The notes beneath the pieces are model-generated. The model saw only the letters and a list, made by a program, of their open reading frames with translations. It was not told where the DNA came from and made no database searches. A stretch of 64,000 bases of DNA from Aureicoccus marinus (GTDB lineage Bacteria > Bacteroidota > Bacteroidia > Flavobacteriales > Flavobacteriaceae). The position numbers and the translations under genes were made by a program. Below are positions 37,034 to 48,302 of the stretch, in pieces (the first letter of the stretch is position 1; every line of letters starts with the position of its first letter). The stretch spans positions 251,546 to 315,545 of the forward strand of contig NZ_MQVX01000001.1 of NCBI RefSeq assembly GCF_002954325.1. The letters run 5' to 3'.

Positions 37034-38038
37034 TTAAGCAGACTTGACAGTCTTGATGATACGAGCAGCTACTTTGTATGGATCAGCGTTTGATGCTGGA
37101 CGACGATCTTCCAACCATCCTTTCCATCCACTCTCTACTGTAGCAATTGGAATACGGATGGAAGCTCCACGGTCAGATACTCCGTAAGAGAATTGATCGA
37201 TGGATTGGGTTTCGTGGTCTCCGGTTAGACGCATATCGTTGTTGGCACCGTAGACAGCAATGTGCTCAGCAGCAACCGGGCGGAAGGCTTCACAGATCTT
37301 GTCGTAGGTCTCTTTGTTTCCAGCTGTTCTCAAAGTACTGTTCGAGAAGTTAGCGTGCATACCACTACCATTCCAGTCACCTGTTACAGGCTTTGGGTGA
37401 AGTTCAATGTAGTATCCATACTTCTCGGTGATGCGGTTGAGGAGGTAACGAGCTACCCACAGTTCATCACCGGCCTTCTTTGCGCCCTTGGCGAAGTTTT
37501 GGAACTCCCACTGTCCTGGAGCAACTTCCTGGTTGATCCCCTCGATGTTCAATCCTGCTTCAAGGCAAAGATCCAAGTGCTCTTCTACGAAGTCACGCCC
37601 CCAAGTGTAGCGCCCACCAACGGAACAGTAGTACTGTCCTTGAGGTCCAGGGAAACCACCACGTGGGAAACCTAGCGGAAGATCCGTTTCGGTATCCATC
37701 AGAAAGTACTCCTGCTCAAACCCAAACCAGAAATCGTTGTCATCGTCATCAATTTGTGCTCTGTGGTTAGAGGCGTGAGGTGTACCGTCGGGGTTTAGTA
37801 CTTCGGTCATTACCAAAAATCCGTTCAAACGATCCGGATCGGGGTAAATCGCTACGGGTTTCAACAAGCAGTCTGAAGAATTTCCTTCTGCCTGTAGGGT
37901 AGAACTCCCATCAAAAGACCACATGGGGCAGCTTTCTAGCTTCCCGTCGAAGTCCTCAATAATTTTTGTTTTACTTCTCAATTCCTGGGTTGGTACGTAA
38001 CCATCCAGCCAGATGTACTCTAATTTAGACTTGCTCAT
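37034..38038 (-). CDS. glnII: Glutamine synthetase type II (eukaryote-like GSII)
   Basis: N-terminal KLEYIWLDG. About 335 aa. GS catalytic-domain motifs (e.g. GPYYC-like QGQYYCSVG and NGSGMHANFS). Confidence 0.9.
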   Translation of the reverse strand: MSKSKLEYIWLDGYVPTQELRSKTKIIEDFDGKLESCPMWSFDGSSTLQAEGNSSDCLLKPVAIYPDPDRLNGFLVMTEVLNPDGTPHASNHRAQIDDDDNDFWFGFEQEYFLMDTETDLPLGFPRGGFPGPQGQYYCSVGGRYTWGRDFVEEHLDLCLEAGLNIEGINQEVAPGQWEFQNFAKGAKKAGDELWVARYLLNRITEKYGYYIELHPKPVTGDWNGSGMHANFSNSTLRTAGNKETYDKICEAFRPVAAEHIAVYGANNDMRLTGDHETQSIDQFSYGVSDRGASIRIPIATVESGWKGWLEDRRPASNADPYKVAARIIKTVKSA

Positions 38039-38271
38039 TTTGCGTCAACCTTTAATTCTTAAAGGCGTCTAAATTAGACGATTTGGTAAAAAAAATAGTT
38101 TCCTGACGGAGATTCGATCAAAATTTATCAACATCGGACTATAGGCTTGATCCCATTTGAAGTTTTCTAGCGAAATGGCGAATAAAATGCGAAAATCGGA
38201 AGCCTAAACAAACTGATAGGACACCGCGACTCTCTGAAATTCATTTACTTTTGCGCAAAACAGGAAATCAT

Positions 38272-39453
38272 ATGAGCCAAGCGGCAGATGGTAGGTATGC
38301 ACAACGGGGAGTTTCGGCTTCTAAAGAGGATGTGCACGCAGCGATCAAAAATATAGATAAGGGCCTTTATCCCAAGGCTTTCTGCAAGATCGTACCCGAT
38401 TATTTAACCGCCGATCCGGAGGCAGCTTTGGTCATGCATGCCGATGGGGCAGGAACCAAGAGTTCTCTGGCTTATATGTATTGGAAAGAAACCGGGGATT
38501 TATCGGTTTGGAAAGGGATTGCCCAAGATGCCCTGGTCATGAACCTGGACGACTTACTCTGTGTAGGGGTAACGGATCAAATTTTACTTTCTTCCACCAT
38601 AGGCCGAAACAAAAATCTGATCCCAGGAGAGGTGATCAAAGCCATCATTGAAGGAACAGAAGAGTTGATTGAGGAACTCGCTTCTTTTGGTGTGCAGATA
38701 TACAGTACCGGTGGGGAAACGGCCGATGTGGGAGATTTGGTCAGAACGATCATTGTCGATAGCACAGTTGTTGCCCGTATTAAACGGAATCAGGTGATCG
38801 ACAACGCCAACATTCGCCCAGGAGATGTCATCGTAGGGTTAGCTTCCGATGGTCAAGCCACTTATGAGAAGGAGTACAATGGCGGAATGGGAAGCAATGG
38901 CCTTACTTCGGCAAGACACGATGTCTTTGTCAAGGACCTGGCCGCCAAATACCCCGAGAGTTTTGACCCCAGTGTTCCTCAGGATTTGGTGTATACGGGT
39001 TCTCGTCGCTTGACGGAAGAGGTCTCTGGAACTCCTTTAGATGCTGGTAAGTTGGTTCTTTCTCCGACCCGTACCTACGCTCCCGTAGCCAAGAAGGTCA
39101 TCGATGAGATCGGAACCCAGCATATCCACGGGATGGTGCATTGCAGTGGAGGTGCCCAGACGAAAATTTTACACTTTTTGGAGAAAGGACACGTGGTCAA
39201 GGACAACCTTTTTGCCTTGCCACCGCTCTTTCAAATGATCTCAGAAGAATCGGGTACGGCGATGAAAGAAATGTACCAGGTCTTCAACTGTGGTCACCGA
39301 ATGGAGTACTATGTGCCTGAGGAAGTTGCGGATCAACTCATCGCGATTTCAGAAAGCTTCGGAATCCCTGCACAACGCATTGGTCGGGTGGAAGCTTCCG
39401 ATACTAAAAGCCTGACTATAAAAAGTGCTTTTGGTCAATTTGACTACCGCTAG
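38272..39453 (+). CDS. purM: Phosphoribosylformylglycinamidine cyclo-ligase (AIR synthetase), long form
   Basis: PurM-type AIRS N and C domains (MHADGAGTKS...; GGETADVGD). ATG at 38272 preferred. Confidence 0.75.
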   Translation: MSQAADGRYAQRGVSASKEDVHAAIKNIDKGLYPKAFCKIVPDYLTADPEAALVMHADGAGTKSSLAYMYWKETGDLSVWKGIAQDALVMNLDDLLCVGVTDQILLSSTIGRNKNLIPGEVIKAIIEGTEELIEELASFGVQIYSTGGETADVGDLVRTIIVDSTVVARIKRNQVIDNANIRPGDVIVGLASDGQATYEKEYNGGMGSNGLTSARHDVFVKDLAAKYPESFDPSVPQDLVYTGSRRLTEEVSGTPLDAGKLVLSPTRTYAPVAKKVIDEIGTQHIHGMVHCSGGAQTKILHFLEKGHVVKDNLFALPPLFQMISEESGTAMKEMYQVFNCGHRMEYYVPEEVADQLIAISESFGIPAQRIGRVEASDTKSLTIKSAFGQFDYR

Positions 39454-39555
39454 CCTTTTCGTAACTTTTGGTTTATTGTCAATAAAGGGGGGATTTAGAG
39501 GACTAGCCATACGGCCAAAAAGCTGTAAATTCGCCCTCCGGATAGATTTCACGGC

Positions 39556-40632
39556 ATGATCGACAAACTCAATATTATTCAACAGCGCTTTGATGAGGTA
39601 GCTGATTTAATCATTCAGCCCGATATCATTGCAGACCAGAAGAGGTATGTCAAACTCAATAAAGAGTACAAGGACCTCAAGAAGATGGTGGACAAGCGCA
39701 AAGAGTATCTGGAAGTGCTTGCCAATTTAGAAGAAGCGGAAGCGATTCTTGCGGATGGCAGCGACGCCGAAATGGTGGAGATGGCCAAGATGCAACTGGA
39801 TGAGGCCAAGGAATCCCTCCCACAACTCGAAGAAGAAATCAAATATCTCCTTATTCCCAAAGACCCAGAGGACGAGAAGGATGTGGTCATGGAAATTCGC
39901 GCGGGAACCGGGGGTGATGAGGCCAGTATCTTCGCTGGAGACCTCTTCCGGATGTACTCCAAATACTGCGAATCCAAAGGGTGGAAAACAAACATCATGG
40001 ACCTTTCTGAGGGTACAAGTGGTGGTTATAAAGAAATTCATTTTGAAATCAGTGGGGAAGATGTTTACGGAACCCTCAAGTTTGAAGCTGGAGTGCACCG
40101 GGTACAACGAGTACCTCAAACCGAGACGCAGGGTCGTGTACATACCTCGGCTGCGACGGTCATGGTCATTCCGGAGGCAGAAGACTTCGATGTACAGATT
40201 GACCCCAAGGATGTTCGAATCGATTACTTCTGTTCTTCAGGACCAGGAGGACAATCGGTTAACACCACTTACTCTGCAGTTCGCTTAACCCACGTTCCTA
40301 CTGGATTGGTGGCTCAATGCCAGGACCAGAAGTCTCAGCACAAGAACAAAGAAAAGGCGTTCAAAGTACTGCGCTCTCGTCTATACGATTTGGAATTGGC
40401 CAAAAAGCAAGAAGCCGATGCGGCCAAAAGAAATTCCCAGGTGAGCAGTGGAGACCGATCCGCCAAAATCCGCACTTACAATTACCCTCAAGGCCGGGTG
40501 ACGGATCACCGAATAGGCTTGACTTTATACGATTTACAGAACATCATCAATGGAGATATTCAGAAAATCATTGATGAGCTGATGTTGGTAGAAAATACCG
40601 AAAAGTTAAAAGAGGCTTCAGATCTTATTTAG
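39556..40632 (+). CDS. prfA: Peptide chain release factor 1
   Basis: GGQ motif ([24 protein letters not shown]). RF1-type domain order. 358 aa. Confidence 0.9.
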   Translation: MIDKLNIIQQRFDEVADLIIQPDIIADQKRYVKLNKEYKDLKKMVDKRKEYLEVLANLEEAEAILADGSDAEMVEMAKMQLDEAKESLPQLEEEIKYLLIPKDPEDEKDVVMEIRAGTGGDEASIFAGDLFRMYSKYCESKGWKTNIMDLSEGTSGGYKEIHFEISGEDVYGTLKFEAGVHRVQRVPQTETQGRVHTSAATVMVIPEAEDFDVQIDPKDVRIDYFCSSGPGGQSVNTTYSAVRLTHVPTGLVAQCQDQKSQHKNKEKAFKVLRSRLYDLELAKKQEADAAKRNSQVSSGDRSAKIRTYNYPQGRVTDHRIGLTLYDLQNIINGDIQKIIDELMLVENTEKLKEASDLI

Positions 40633-40635
40633 GCT

Positions 40636-41463
40636 ATGACCAAGGAACAACTCGTTCAACAAATTCAGGAAAAATCATCTTTCCTCTGTGTGGGCTTAGA
40701 CCCCGATTTGCAAAAGATTCCTGCACACCTGCGGGATTTGGAAGATCCGTTTTTTGCCTTTTGCAAGGCCATTATTGATCATACTAAGGACTACTGTGTA
40801 GCGTATAAACCCAATACGGCTTTCTTCGAAGCCAGGGGAGCTGCGGGCTGGCAATCTCTAGAAAAGACCATAGCTTATCTCAACGAGACATGCCCAAATC
40901 ACTTCATTATTGCTGATGCAAAACGAGGGGATATTGGCAATACAGCTACCCAGTACGCCAGGGCCTTCTTTGAACAGATGGACTGCGATGCGGTGACCGT
41001 AGCCCCTTATATGGGCCGAGATTCGGTAGAGCCTTTTTTGGCTTTTGAAAAACGCTTTTGTGTTTTGTTGGCTTTGACCTCCAATCAAGGAGCCAAAGAC
41101 TTTCAAACGACACGAGAAGAAGCTCCCCTCTATGAAGAGGTGCTTACTACCTCTCAGACCTACGCCCATAGCGAGCGCTTGATGTATGTGGTGGGTGCCA
41201 CCAAAGCGGAATACCTCGAACGGATTCGACAATTAGTACCAGCGAGTTTTCTTTTGATTCCCGGTGTTGGGGCACAGGGTGGAAAATTAGACGAGGTCTG
41301 TGCAGCAGGAATGAATAAGGAAGTCGGACTCCTTGTCAATAGTTCACGAGGAATCATTTATGCTTCAAGCGCGGAAGATTTCGCTCAAGTGGCTGGTGAG
41401 CAAGCCCGGGTACTTCAACAGCAAATGGCCGAAGAATTAAAGAAGCAAAGGGTATTTTCTTGA
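40636..41463 (+). CDS. pyrF: Orotidine 5'-phosphate decarboxylase (type 2, long form)
   Basis: FLCVGLDPD and KPNTAFFE motifs of the long-form OMP decarboxylase. 275 aa. Confidence 0.85.
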   Translation: MTKEQLVQQIQEKSSFLCVGLDPDLQKIPAHLRDLEDPFFAFCKAIIDHTKDYCVAYKPNTAFFEARGAAGWQSLEKTIAYLNETCPNHFIIADAKRGDIGNTATQYARAFFEQMDCDAVTVAPYMGRDSVEPFLAFEKRFCVLLALTSNQGAKDFQTTREEAPLYEEVLTTSQTYAHSERLMYVVGATKAEYLERIRQLVPASFLLIPGVGAQGGKLDEVCAAGMNKEVGLLVNSSRGIIYASSAEDFAQVAGEQARVLQQQMAEELKKQRVFS

Positions 41464-41465
41464 GT

Positions 41466-41663
41466 TTAAACGCCCAGTTCGTCCAATAATTTTTTGAGTT
41501 GTTCGGCTTTGGCTTGAAAGAATTCTCCGCGAAGAGGATCCTTCTTCAGGCTTCGGGCAGCAAGCTCATTAAAGTGTTGGTAACGAGATTCCAGGATGCT
41601 AAAAGCTTCGTTAAGTCCTTCGATGGGAGTAATATTCCCAACTTTGCAATTTTGTTGTAACAT
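41466..41663 (-). CDS. Small hypothetical protein (65 aa)
   Basis: ORF convergent with pyrF. Helical, charged composition. Confidence 0.3.
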   Translation of the reverse strand: MLQQNCKVGNITPIEGLNEAFSILESRYQHFNELAARSLKKDPLRGEFFQAKAEQLKKLLDELGV

Positions 41664-41856
41664 GACGGTAAGATTTTGGTCTTATAAAAGTAATACAGGG
41701 GAATGGGTTGAACCCCATACCTCCTTGGTTACTGAACCGAATTTATTGGTTATTGGTCCAAAAACCAGGCCAATACCTGTGAAGAAAGACCTAAAATGGG
41801 GAAAGAATGAAAAAAGGACTTCGTAAGAAAAGTTGTAATTTGTCAAAAAATAAAGC

Positions 41857-42645
41857 TTGATCCACTACACTGTTTATCCCAATGCCCAGTCCGATGAATG
41901 GGTGACTTTCGTTCACGGCGCTGGAGGCAGTTCTACCATTTGGTTCAAGCAACTGCGTGATTTTAAAAAGCACTTCAATATTCTCCTGCTCGATTTGCGC
42001 GGGCACGGAAATTCACAACCCAATCTAAAGGAGGCTTTTAACGATAAGTACACCTTTGACTCTATTACAGATGATATTGTAGAGGTAATTAACCACGAGA
42101 GTATCGAAAAATCTCATTTTATCGGGATTTCCTTGGGTACCATCCTGATTCGAAATTTGGCGGAGCGTTACCCAGATCGCGTACAGAGCATGATCATGGG
42201 CGGGGCGATTCTTAAATTGAATTTCCGTTCACAGGTCTTGATGCGTTTGGGTGTTCTTTTTAAGTCGGTTGTCCCGTACCTCTGGTTGTACAAGTTCTTC
42301 GCTTTTGTTATCATGCCGAACAAGAACCACCGCGAATCCCGATCTCTTTTTGTGCGAGAGGCTAAGAAGCTCTACCAAAAAGAATTTATCCGTTGGTTCA
42401 GGCTCACTTCAGAAATCAATCCACTGTTGAGGTTCTTCCGCTCAGTTGATATTAAAATCCCCACCCTCTATGTGATGGGTGAGGAGGATTACCTGTTTTT
42501 ACCGAGTGTTCAGAAAGTGGTCAATGCACACCAGGTTTCTTCACTCCATGTCATTGAGAATTGCGGGCACGTGGTCAATGTAGAACAGCCTACTGTTTTT
42601 AATGAGACGGTTATCAGCTACCTCAACGGGCTGAGTCGTTCCTAA
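41857..42645 (+). CDS. Alpha/beta-fold hydrolase
   Basis: HGAGGS oxyanion region and the nucleophile elbow GISLGT. Catalytic His near the C-terminus (CGHVVNVEQP). TTG start. Confidence 0.7.
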   Translation: MIHYTVYPNAQSDEWVTFVHGAGGSSTIWFKQLRDFKKHFNILLLDLRGHGNSQPNLKEAFNDKYTFDSITDDIVEVINHESIEKSHFIGISLGTILIRNLAERYPDRVQSMIMGGAILKLNFRSQVLMRLGVLFKSVVPYLWLYKFFAFVIMPNKNHRESRSLFVREAKKLYQKEFIRWFRLTSEINPLLRFFRSVDIKIPTLYVMGEEDYLFLPSVQKVVNAHQVSSLHVIENCGHVVNVEQPTVFNETVISYLNGLSRS

Positions 42646-42681
42646 TCCACCTTCTTAAGACTAGAAAATAGTCTAGAAAAA

Positions 42682-42706
42682 ACCGGCCCATCAAGGCCGG
42701 TTTTTA
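42682..42706 (+). terminator. Rho-independent terminator
   Basis: ACCGGCC-catcaa-GGCCGGTTTTT, preceded by a second small palindrome (TCTAGAaaatagTCTAGA). Confidence 0.55.
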
Positions 42707-42912
42707 ACTAACTAACTCAAAAATGCTTACTCAGATTATCCGGTTCAAAAGTCCTTCTACCGTGTAATGAAGAAGTAAAAGTCACTTTTAGGAATTGGTT
42801 ATAATCTAGGGTTGCTTACAAAGCAAACGGTACCCGCAGAAAAATTATTGCAGTTTTTCCAGTCTTTTTATCAAAGATTCGATAAACGGGTCGGATTTGT
42901 AGGGTGTTTCCC

Positions 42913-43635
42913 TTAATTTCTCTGGTCTTGCAGAGCAAAAACTTTTTGTAAAAGCCGGGTGCCGCGCGCAGAAACTTTGGAGCGAATTTCTTTCTCTTCC
43001 TCCCCAATAACCTGGTAAACTCCCCCGAGGGCTTCCCCCGTTACATAGGCCGAAAGATCCGGATTGACATCTCTGGTGAGGGGAATATTGTTGTAGCGCG
43101 TGATCAGATCTGACCAAATACGATCGGCTCCAACCTTGGCAAATGAACTTTGAATGATAGGCAAAAAACGGTTGTACAATTCTTGCCGGGTTCTGCCTTC
43201 TAAAAAAGTGGTAGCCGCAAGTTCGTCGCCCAGGAGAATGTTCTTAGCGTCGGCAAAGGTGATCCCGCTGACGGCATCGACAAAAACGGGTATAGCTTCA
43301 CTCACGGCATCTTCCGCAGCGCGGTTGAGTACTTTAAGACCTTCATCTGCCAATTTGCTCAGTCCGATATCCCTAAGGGCTTTATCTACTTTTTGTAAAT
43401 CGGAAGGCAGCCCGATACGAACCAGAGGATTATTGAAATAACCCCCTTCGTCTGCCAAGCCTGATACTCTTTGGTCAATTCCCTGCTGGAGTGCAGCTTT
43501 AAGGGCTTGGGCAATTTCTACTTCCGTAACTGGACCTTGGTTGGGAAGTTGACTGACTACCTGTTGTAGTTCGTCGCAGGCACTAAATACAAAGAGGGAT
43601 AGAATGAGAACCCATTTTGCCGGAGCTGTTTTCAT
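42913..43635 (-). CDS. DUF4197 family lipoprotein
   Basis: Lipoprotein signal (VFSACDE). Helical protein of about 240 aa with a pattern typical of this family (TRDVNPDL...). Confidence 0.6.
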   Translation of the reverse strand: MKTAPAKWVLILSLFVFSACDELQQVVSQLPNQGPVTEVEIAQALKAALQQGIDQRVSGLADEGGYFNNPLVRIGLPSDLQKVDKALRDIGLSKLADEGLKVLNRAAEDAVSEAIPVFVDAVSGITFADAKNILLGDELAATTFLEGRTRQELYNRFLPIIQSSFAKVGADRIWSDLITRYNNIPLTRDVNPDLSAYVTGEALGGVYQVIGEEEKEIRSKVSARGTRLLQKVFALQDQRN

Positions 43636-43785
43636 GGTCTAGAGTTTGAGTTAAAGGTACAAAGATCGAGTGCAGCTGCTCGAGCATAAAAATCAGCCTT
43701 CTAACGACTATATTTTTCTTAATGTTTCGGTGATTTGAGTGCGTATTCCGTAAATTGCAGGGCCGAAAACGCTCTTTTTTTATCA

Positions 43786-46700
43786 ATGGAACAAAATCCA
43801 AATCGCCCTACACACAAAATTAGAATTGTAACCGCTGCTTCGCTCTTTGATGGTCATGACGCCTCCATCAATATCATGCGAAGAATCATGCAATCCAGTG
43901 GTGCTGAAGTTATTCACCTCGGGCACGATCGCAGTGTGGAAGAGGTGGTTCGCTGTGCTATTCAGGAAGACGCTCAGGCGATTGCGATGACTTCTTACCA
44001 AGGAGGGCACAACGAATATTTCCGGTACATGTATGACTTGCTTCAGGAACAAGATGCCGGACAGATCAAAATCTTTGGAGGCGGAGGCGGAGTAATCTTA
44101 CCAAAAGAGATCAAGAGCCTGATGGATTATGGTATCGAGCGCATTTATTCACCAGACGATGGACGTGAACTCGGACTACAGGGGATGATCAACGATTTGA
44201 TCCAACGCAGTGATGTTCCAACGCCGGATATGCCAGCAGACCGCAAGGCCAATTTGCGCGAGCGATTAGAGCAAAAAGACGTGGTGTCTATCGCCCGACT
44301 CATTTCATTGGCAGAGAACCGTGCGGAAGATTTTAACGAAGAAATTAAAGGGTGGGAAGCGCCTGCTCAACCAAGTCCTGTACTGGGTATAACAGGTACC
44401 GGAGGGGCAGGAAAGTCCAGTTTGGTTGACGAGTTGGTTCGTCGTTTTCTTTTGGAGCATCCGGAAAAAAACCTGGCTATCCTTTCGGTCGACCCCAGTA
44501 AGCGAAAAACGGGAGGCGCACTACTCGGAGACCGTATTCGAATGAACGCCATCGATCATCCTCGGGTGTATATGCGTTCATTGGCGACACGACAATCCAA
44601 CCTGGCCCTTTCTAAGTATGTTGCAGATGCGCTGCAGGTTTTGCAATGGGCCAAGTTTGATTTGATCATTCTAGAGACCTCGGGTATTGGTCAATCCGAT
44701 ACGGAGATTCTGGAACACAGCGACGTTTCGCTTTATGTGATGACTCCTGAATTTGGAGCGGCAACACAGCTCGAAAAAATCGATATGCTCGACTTTGCGG
44801 ATTTAGTCGCCATCAATAAGTTTGACAAACGAGGTGCCTTGGACGCCCTGCGTGATGTGCGCAAACAATACGTGCGTAATCATAATCTCTGGGAAGAAGA
44901 TCCGGAGAGCCTGCCCGTATTTGGAACGATTGCCTCTCAATTCAACGATCCTGGAATGAATACCCTTTATCGCCAAATCATGGAAGTGATTTCGGAGAAG
45001 TGTGAAGTGGACCTCGCCAGTCAATCGAAATTAAATGAGGGCGAAAGTGAGAAAATTTATATCATACCTCCGGCCAGGACCCGCTACCTGTCTGAAATTG
45101 CCGAAGGCAACAGGCTTTATAAAGAGGCAACGGAACACCAGGCAACGGTGGCCCAACATCTGTATGGCTTGTATCAGTCTATCATTGGTTTGACCCAAGC
45201 AGTGGGCAAAGCGCTGCCGGAAGGCGAGTTTGTCAATAAAAAGGACCTGGATCGGGAGCAAATACTCAGCGGAATCTCAGATCCCGCAAAGAAGGAATTG
45301 GCCGAGCGTCTGCTGGAAGAATTTGATCGGGTAAAGCTCGAGCTCAATCCTCACCACTGGGAAGAGTTAGCGCAATGGCCTGAAACCAAGACACGGTATA
45401 AAAATGAGGAGTACATCTTTGAGGTGAGAGGAAAGGAGATTCGAATTCCTACCCACACCACCTCTTTGTCCGAAAATCAAATCCCCAAAGTCGCTCTACC
45501 TTCTTACCAGGCGTGGGGAGATATTCTGCGCTGGTTGCGAAAAGAGAATGTACCGGGACGTTTCCCATTTACATCAGGACTTTATCCCTTTAAGAGAACC
45601 GGTGAGGATCCCACCCGTATGTTCGCTGGTGAAGGCGGGCCAGAGAGAACCAATCGTCGTTTTCATTATGTTAGCCTGGGAATGCCGGCCAAGCGCCTTT
45701 CGACTGCCTTTGATTCGGTAACCCTCTATGGACAAGATCCAGATCACCGACCTGATATTTACGGGAAAATCGGAAATGCCGGGGTATCGATATGTTGCTT
45801 GGACGATGCCAAAAAGCTGTATTCTGGCTTTGACCTGAGTAATCCGATGACATCGGTAAGTATGACCATCAATGGTCCGGCCCCCATGTTGTTGGCCTTC
45901 TTTATGAATGCCGCGATTGATCAGAATTGCGAGAAATACATTCGCGAGCAGGGCCTCGAAAAAGAGGTTAGCGCCAAAATTCAAAAACTTTATAAAGACC
46001 ACGGTTTGTCGGTACCACAATATGCCGGTGATTTGCCAGAGGGGAATGACGGACTGGGCTTAATGCTTTTGGGTTGTACAGGAGATCAGGTCTTGCCGGC
46101 CGAGGTCTATCGGCGTATCAAAGCCGAGACCCTATCTCAAGTTAGAGGAACCGTCCAAGCCGATATTCTCAAGGAGGACCAGGCACAAAACACCTGTATT
46201 TTTTCAACGGAGTTTGCTCTTCGCCTGATGGGAGATGTGCAGGCCTACTTTATTGAGAAAGAAGTACGAAACTTCTACTCGGTTTCTATTTCCGGTTACC
46301 ATATAGCTGAAGCGGGAGCCAACCCCATTACTCAGTTGGCCTTTACCTTGGCCAATGGATTTACCTATGTGGAATACTACTTGAGTCGGGGGATGGATGT
46401 CAACCAGTTTGGGCCCAACCTTTCGTTCTTTTTCTCCAACGGAGTGGATCCTGAGTACGCGGTTATTGGTCGAGTGGCTCGACGTATCTGGGCTAAAGCC
46501 TTACGCGATAAGTACGGAGCCAATCCTCGAGCGCAAATGTTGAAATACCACATTCAGACCTCTGGAAGAAGCCTGCACGCTCAAGAGATTGATTTTAATG
46601 ATATTCGAACGACCCTGCAGGCCTTGTATGCGATTTACGATAACTGTAATTCTTTGCATACCAATGCTTATGATGAGGCCATAACCACACCGACAGAAGA

Positions 46701-47244
46701 ATCGGTACGACGGGCCATGGCCATTCAATTGATTATCAATAAGGAGTTGGGTCTGGCCAAAAACGAAAACCCGCTACAGGGATCCTTTATTATCGATGAG
46801 TTAACCGACTTGGTGGAAGAAGCCGTGCTGATGGAATTCGATCGTCTCACCGAAAGAGGTGGCGTACTTGGAGCGATGGAAACCATGTATCAGCGTTCAA
46901 AAATTCAGGAAGAAAGTCTGCACTACGAAATGCTGAAGCACACCGGAGAATATCCGATCATTGGAGTGAACACTTTCTTGAGTTCTAAAGGATCACCAAC
47001 GGTACTGCCTGCCGAAGTTATCCGAGCGACTGAAGACGAAAAGAAACGTCAAATCGAAACCCTCGGCTTGCTACATACACGTTATTCTGAGGGTACGGAA
47101 GATAGGCTTAAGGACCTGCAAAGGGCAGCGGTGAACAACGAGAACCTATTTGAGCACTTGATGGAAGTGGCTAAGTACTGTTCTCTAGGACAAATTACCC
47201 AGGCCTTATTCGAAGTGGGGGGAGAGTACCGAAGAAATATGTAA
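43786..47244 (+). CDS. icmF: Fused isobutyryl-CoA mutase (IcmF): B12-binding domain, MeaB-like G-protein, and mutase substrate-binding barrel
   Basis: N-terminal B12-binding region (DGHDASINI...). P-loop [12 protein letters not shown] of the MeaB GTPase. Large C-terminal methylmalonyl-CoA-mutase-like domain. ATG at 43786. Confidence 0.85.
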   Translation: MEQNPNRPTHKIRIVTAASLFDGHDASINIMRRIMQSSGAEVIHLGHDRSVEEVVRCAIQEDAQAIAMTSYQGGHNEYFRYMYDLLQEQDAGQIKIFGGGGGVILPKEIKSLMDYGIERIYSPDDGRELGLQGMINDLIQRSDVPTPDMPADRKANLRERLEQKDVVSIARLISLAENRAEDFNEEIKGWEAPAQPSPVLGITGTGGAGKSSLVDELVRRFLLEHPEKNLAILSVDPSKRKTGGALLGDRIRMNAIDHPRVYMRSLATRQSNLALSKYVADALQVLQWAKFDLIILETSGIGQSDTEILEHSDVSLYVMTPEFGAATQLEKIDMLDFADLVAINKFDKRGALDALRDVRKQYVRNHNLWEEDPESLPVFGTIASQFNDPGMNTLYRQIMEVISEKCEVDLASQSKLNEGESEKIYIIPPARTRYLSEIAEGNRLYKEATEHQATVAQHLYGLYQSIIGLTQAVGKALPEGEFVNKKDLDREQILSGISDPAKKELAERLLEEFDRVKLELNPHHWEELAQWPETKTRYKNEEYIFEVRGKEIRIPTHTTSLSENQIPKVALPSYQAWGDILRWLRKENVPGRFPFTSGLYPFKRTGEDPTRMFAGEGGPERTNRRFHYVSLGMPAKRLSTAFDSVTLYGQDPDHRPDIYGKIGNAGVSICCLDDAKKLYSGFDLSNPMTSVSMTINGPAPMLLAFFMNAAIDQNCEKYIREQGLEKEVSAKIQKLYKDHGLSVPQYAGDLPEGNDGLGLMLLGCTGDQVLPAEVYRRIKAETLSQVRGTVQADILKEDQAQNTCIFSTEFALRLMGDVQAYFIEKEVRNFYSVSISGYHIAEAGANPITQLAFTLANGFTYVEYYLSRGMDVNQFGPNLSFFFSNGVDPEYAVIGRVARRIWAKALRDKYGANPRAQMLKYHIQTSGRSLHAQEIDFNDIRTTLQALYAIYDNCNSLHTNAYDEAITTPTEESVRRAMAIQLIINKELGLAKNENPLQGSFIIDELTDLVEEAVLMEFDRLTERGGVLGAMETMYQRSKIQEESLHYEMLKHTGEYPIIGVNTFLSSKGSPTVLPAEVIRATEDEKKRQIETLGLLHTRYSEGTEDRLKDLQRAAVNNENLFEHLMEVAKYCSLGQITQALFEVGGEYRRNM

Positions 47245-47246
47245 GC

Positions 47247-47684
47247 TTAAGACAAGCGTCTAAGCTTCTTCCAGTCTTTTTGAAAAAGAAGGACTTCTTG
47301 ACGGAAGAGTTCCAGGTATTCGCGATCTTGAACCCCGTCATTTTCTAGGCCACGGATATAGGACAAAAGGTTTTTGGTAGCTGTTCCCCAGCGCCTGCCG
47401 GGCTTGCTTGTACGTCTTTCTTGGAGGGATTGAACGAGCTCCATCAAAATGCTGGACTCATAGCGCAGGGCTTCTGAAATTTCTTCTCTTAAAGAAGCAA
47501 CTCGTTTTCGGCTCGGAAAGGAGGTCATCCAAGGGTAAGCGTAGGTCTTTATAGGCTCCTTTTCTCCTGTAAAACCATAGCAGGCTGACAAGGCATTGGC
47601 AATACCAGCCACCTCATGGGTTCGGGAAAACAGACGCAGTTTTAAAGAATCGCTTTCTTGGGACACAATTTTTCTTTTTATCAA
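47247..47684 (-). CDS. Hypothetical protein (145 aa)
   Basis: ORF with protein-like composition. No family recognised. Confidence 0.5.
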   Translation of the reverse strand: MIKRKIVSQESDSLKLRLFSRTHEVAGIANALSACYGFTGEKEPIKTYAYPWMTSFPSRKRVASLREEISEALRYESSILMELVQSLQERRTSKPGRRWGTATKNLLSYIRGLENDGVQDREYLELFRQEVLLFQKDWKKLRRLS

Positions 47685-47781
47685 AGTTACTAGAGGTAAA
47701 GTATATTATATCTTAAAAAATTAAGGCAAAAACGATAATATGCTTTAAATATTAATTAAATTTAGATTTAAAGCCTAAATA

Positions 47782-48231
47782 ATGGATGTAGTTAACTTTA
47801 GAATACTGGAAGCTTTGCAGGAGGATGCACGAATGCCTTTTACTCGGATAGGCCAAGAGCTCGGAATGAGTTCACCAGCGATTAGCGATCGGGTGAAGAA
47901 AATGGAGGATCTGGGAGTCATTCGTGGGTACAAGGCCATTGTTGATCCTAAAGCATTGGGTTATCAATTTCAGGCGATGATTACCCTGAGGGCCTTTGTC
48001 GGAAAATTGCGTCCTTTATTGGATAAAGTACCTCAATTGCGAGAAGTACGAAATTGCTACCGTATCACCGGGACCGAGAATATTATCATGGAAGTGGTCT
48101 TGGAAGATCAGGGTCATTTAGAGCGCTTTATCGATTTACTCATTGCCTATGGTGAAACCAGAACCCATGTTGTTTTATCTCAGGTAATTGCGCAAAATCC
48201 ATTGGGTAGACCTCTGGCAAAAAAGGATTGA
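47782..48231 (+). CDS. Lrp/AsnC family transcriptional regulator
   Basis: N-terminal HTH (FRILEALQEDARMPFTRIGQELGMSSPAISDRVKKME) and a C-terminal RAM domain. Confidence 0.85.
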   Translation: MDVVNFRILEALQEDARMPFTRIGQELGMSSPAISDRVKKMEDLGVIRGYKAIVDPKALGYQFQAMITLRAFVGKLRPLLDKVPQLREVRNCYRITGTENIIMEVVLEDQGHLERFIDLLIAYGETRTHVVLSQVIAQNPLGRPLAKKD

Positions 48232-48302
48232 TAGGGGGAATCATTTTCAATATCTTTGTTAAGCAGACCGCGTTTTGGCGGGATTTTTGATGCGTACCTG
48301 GC

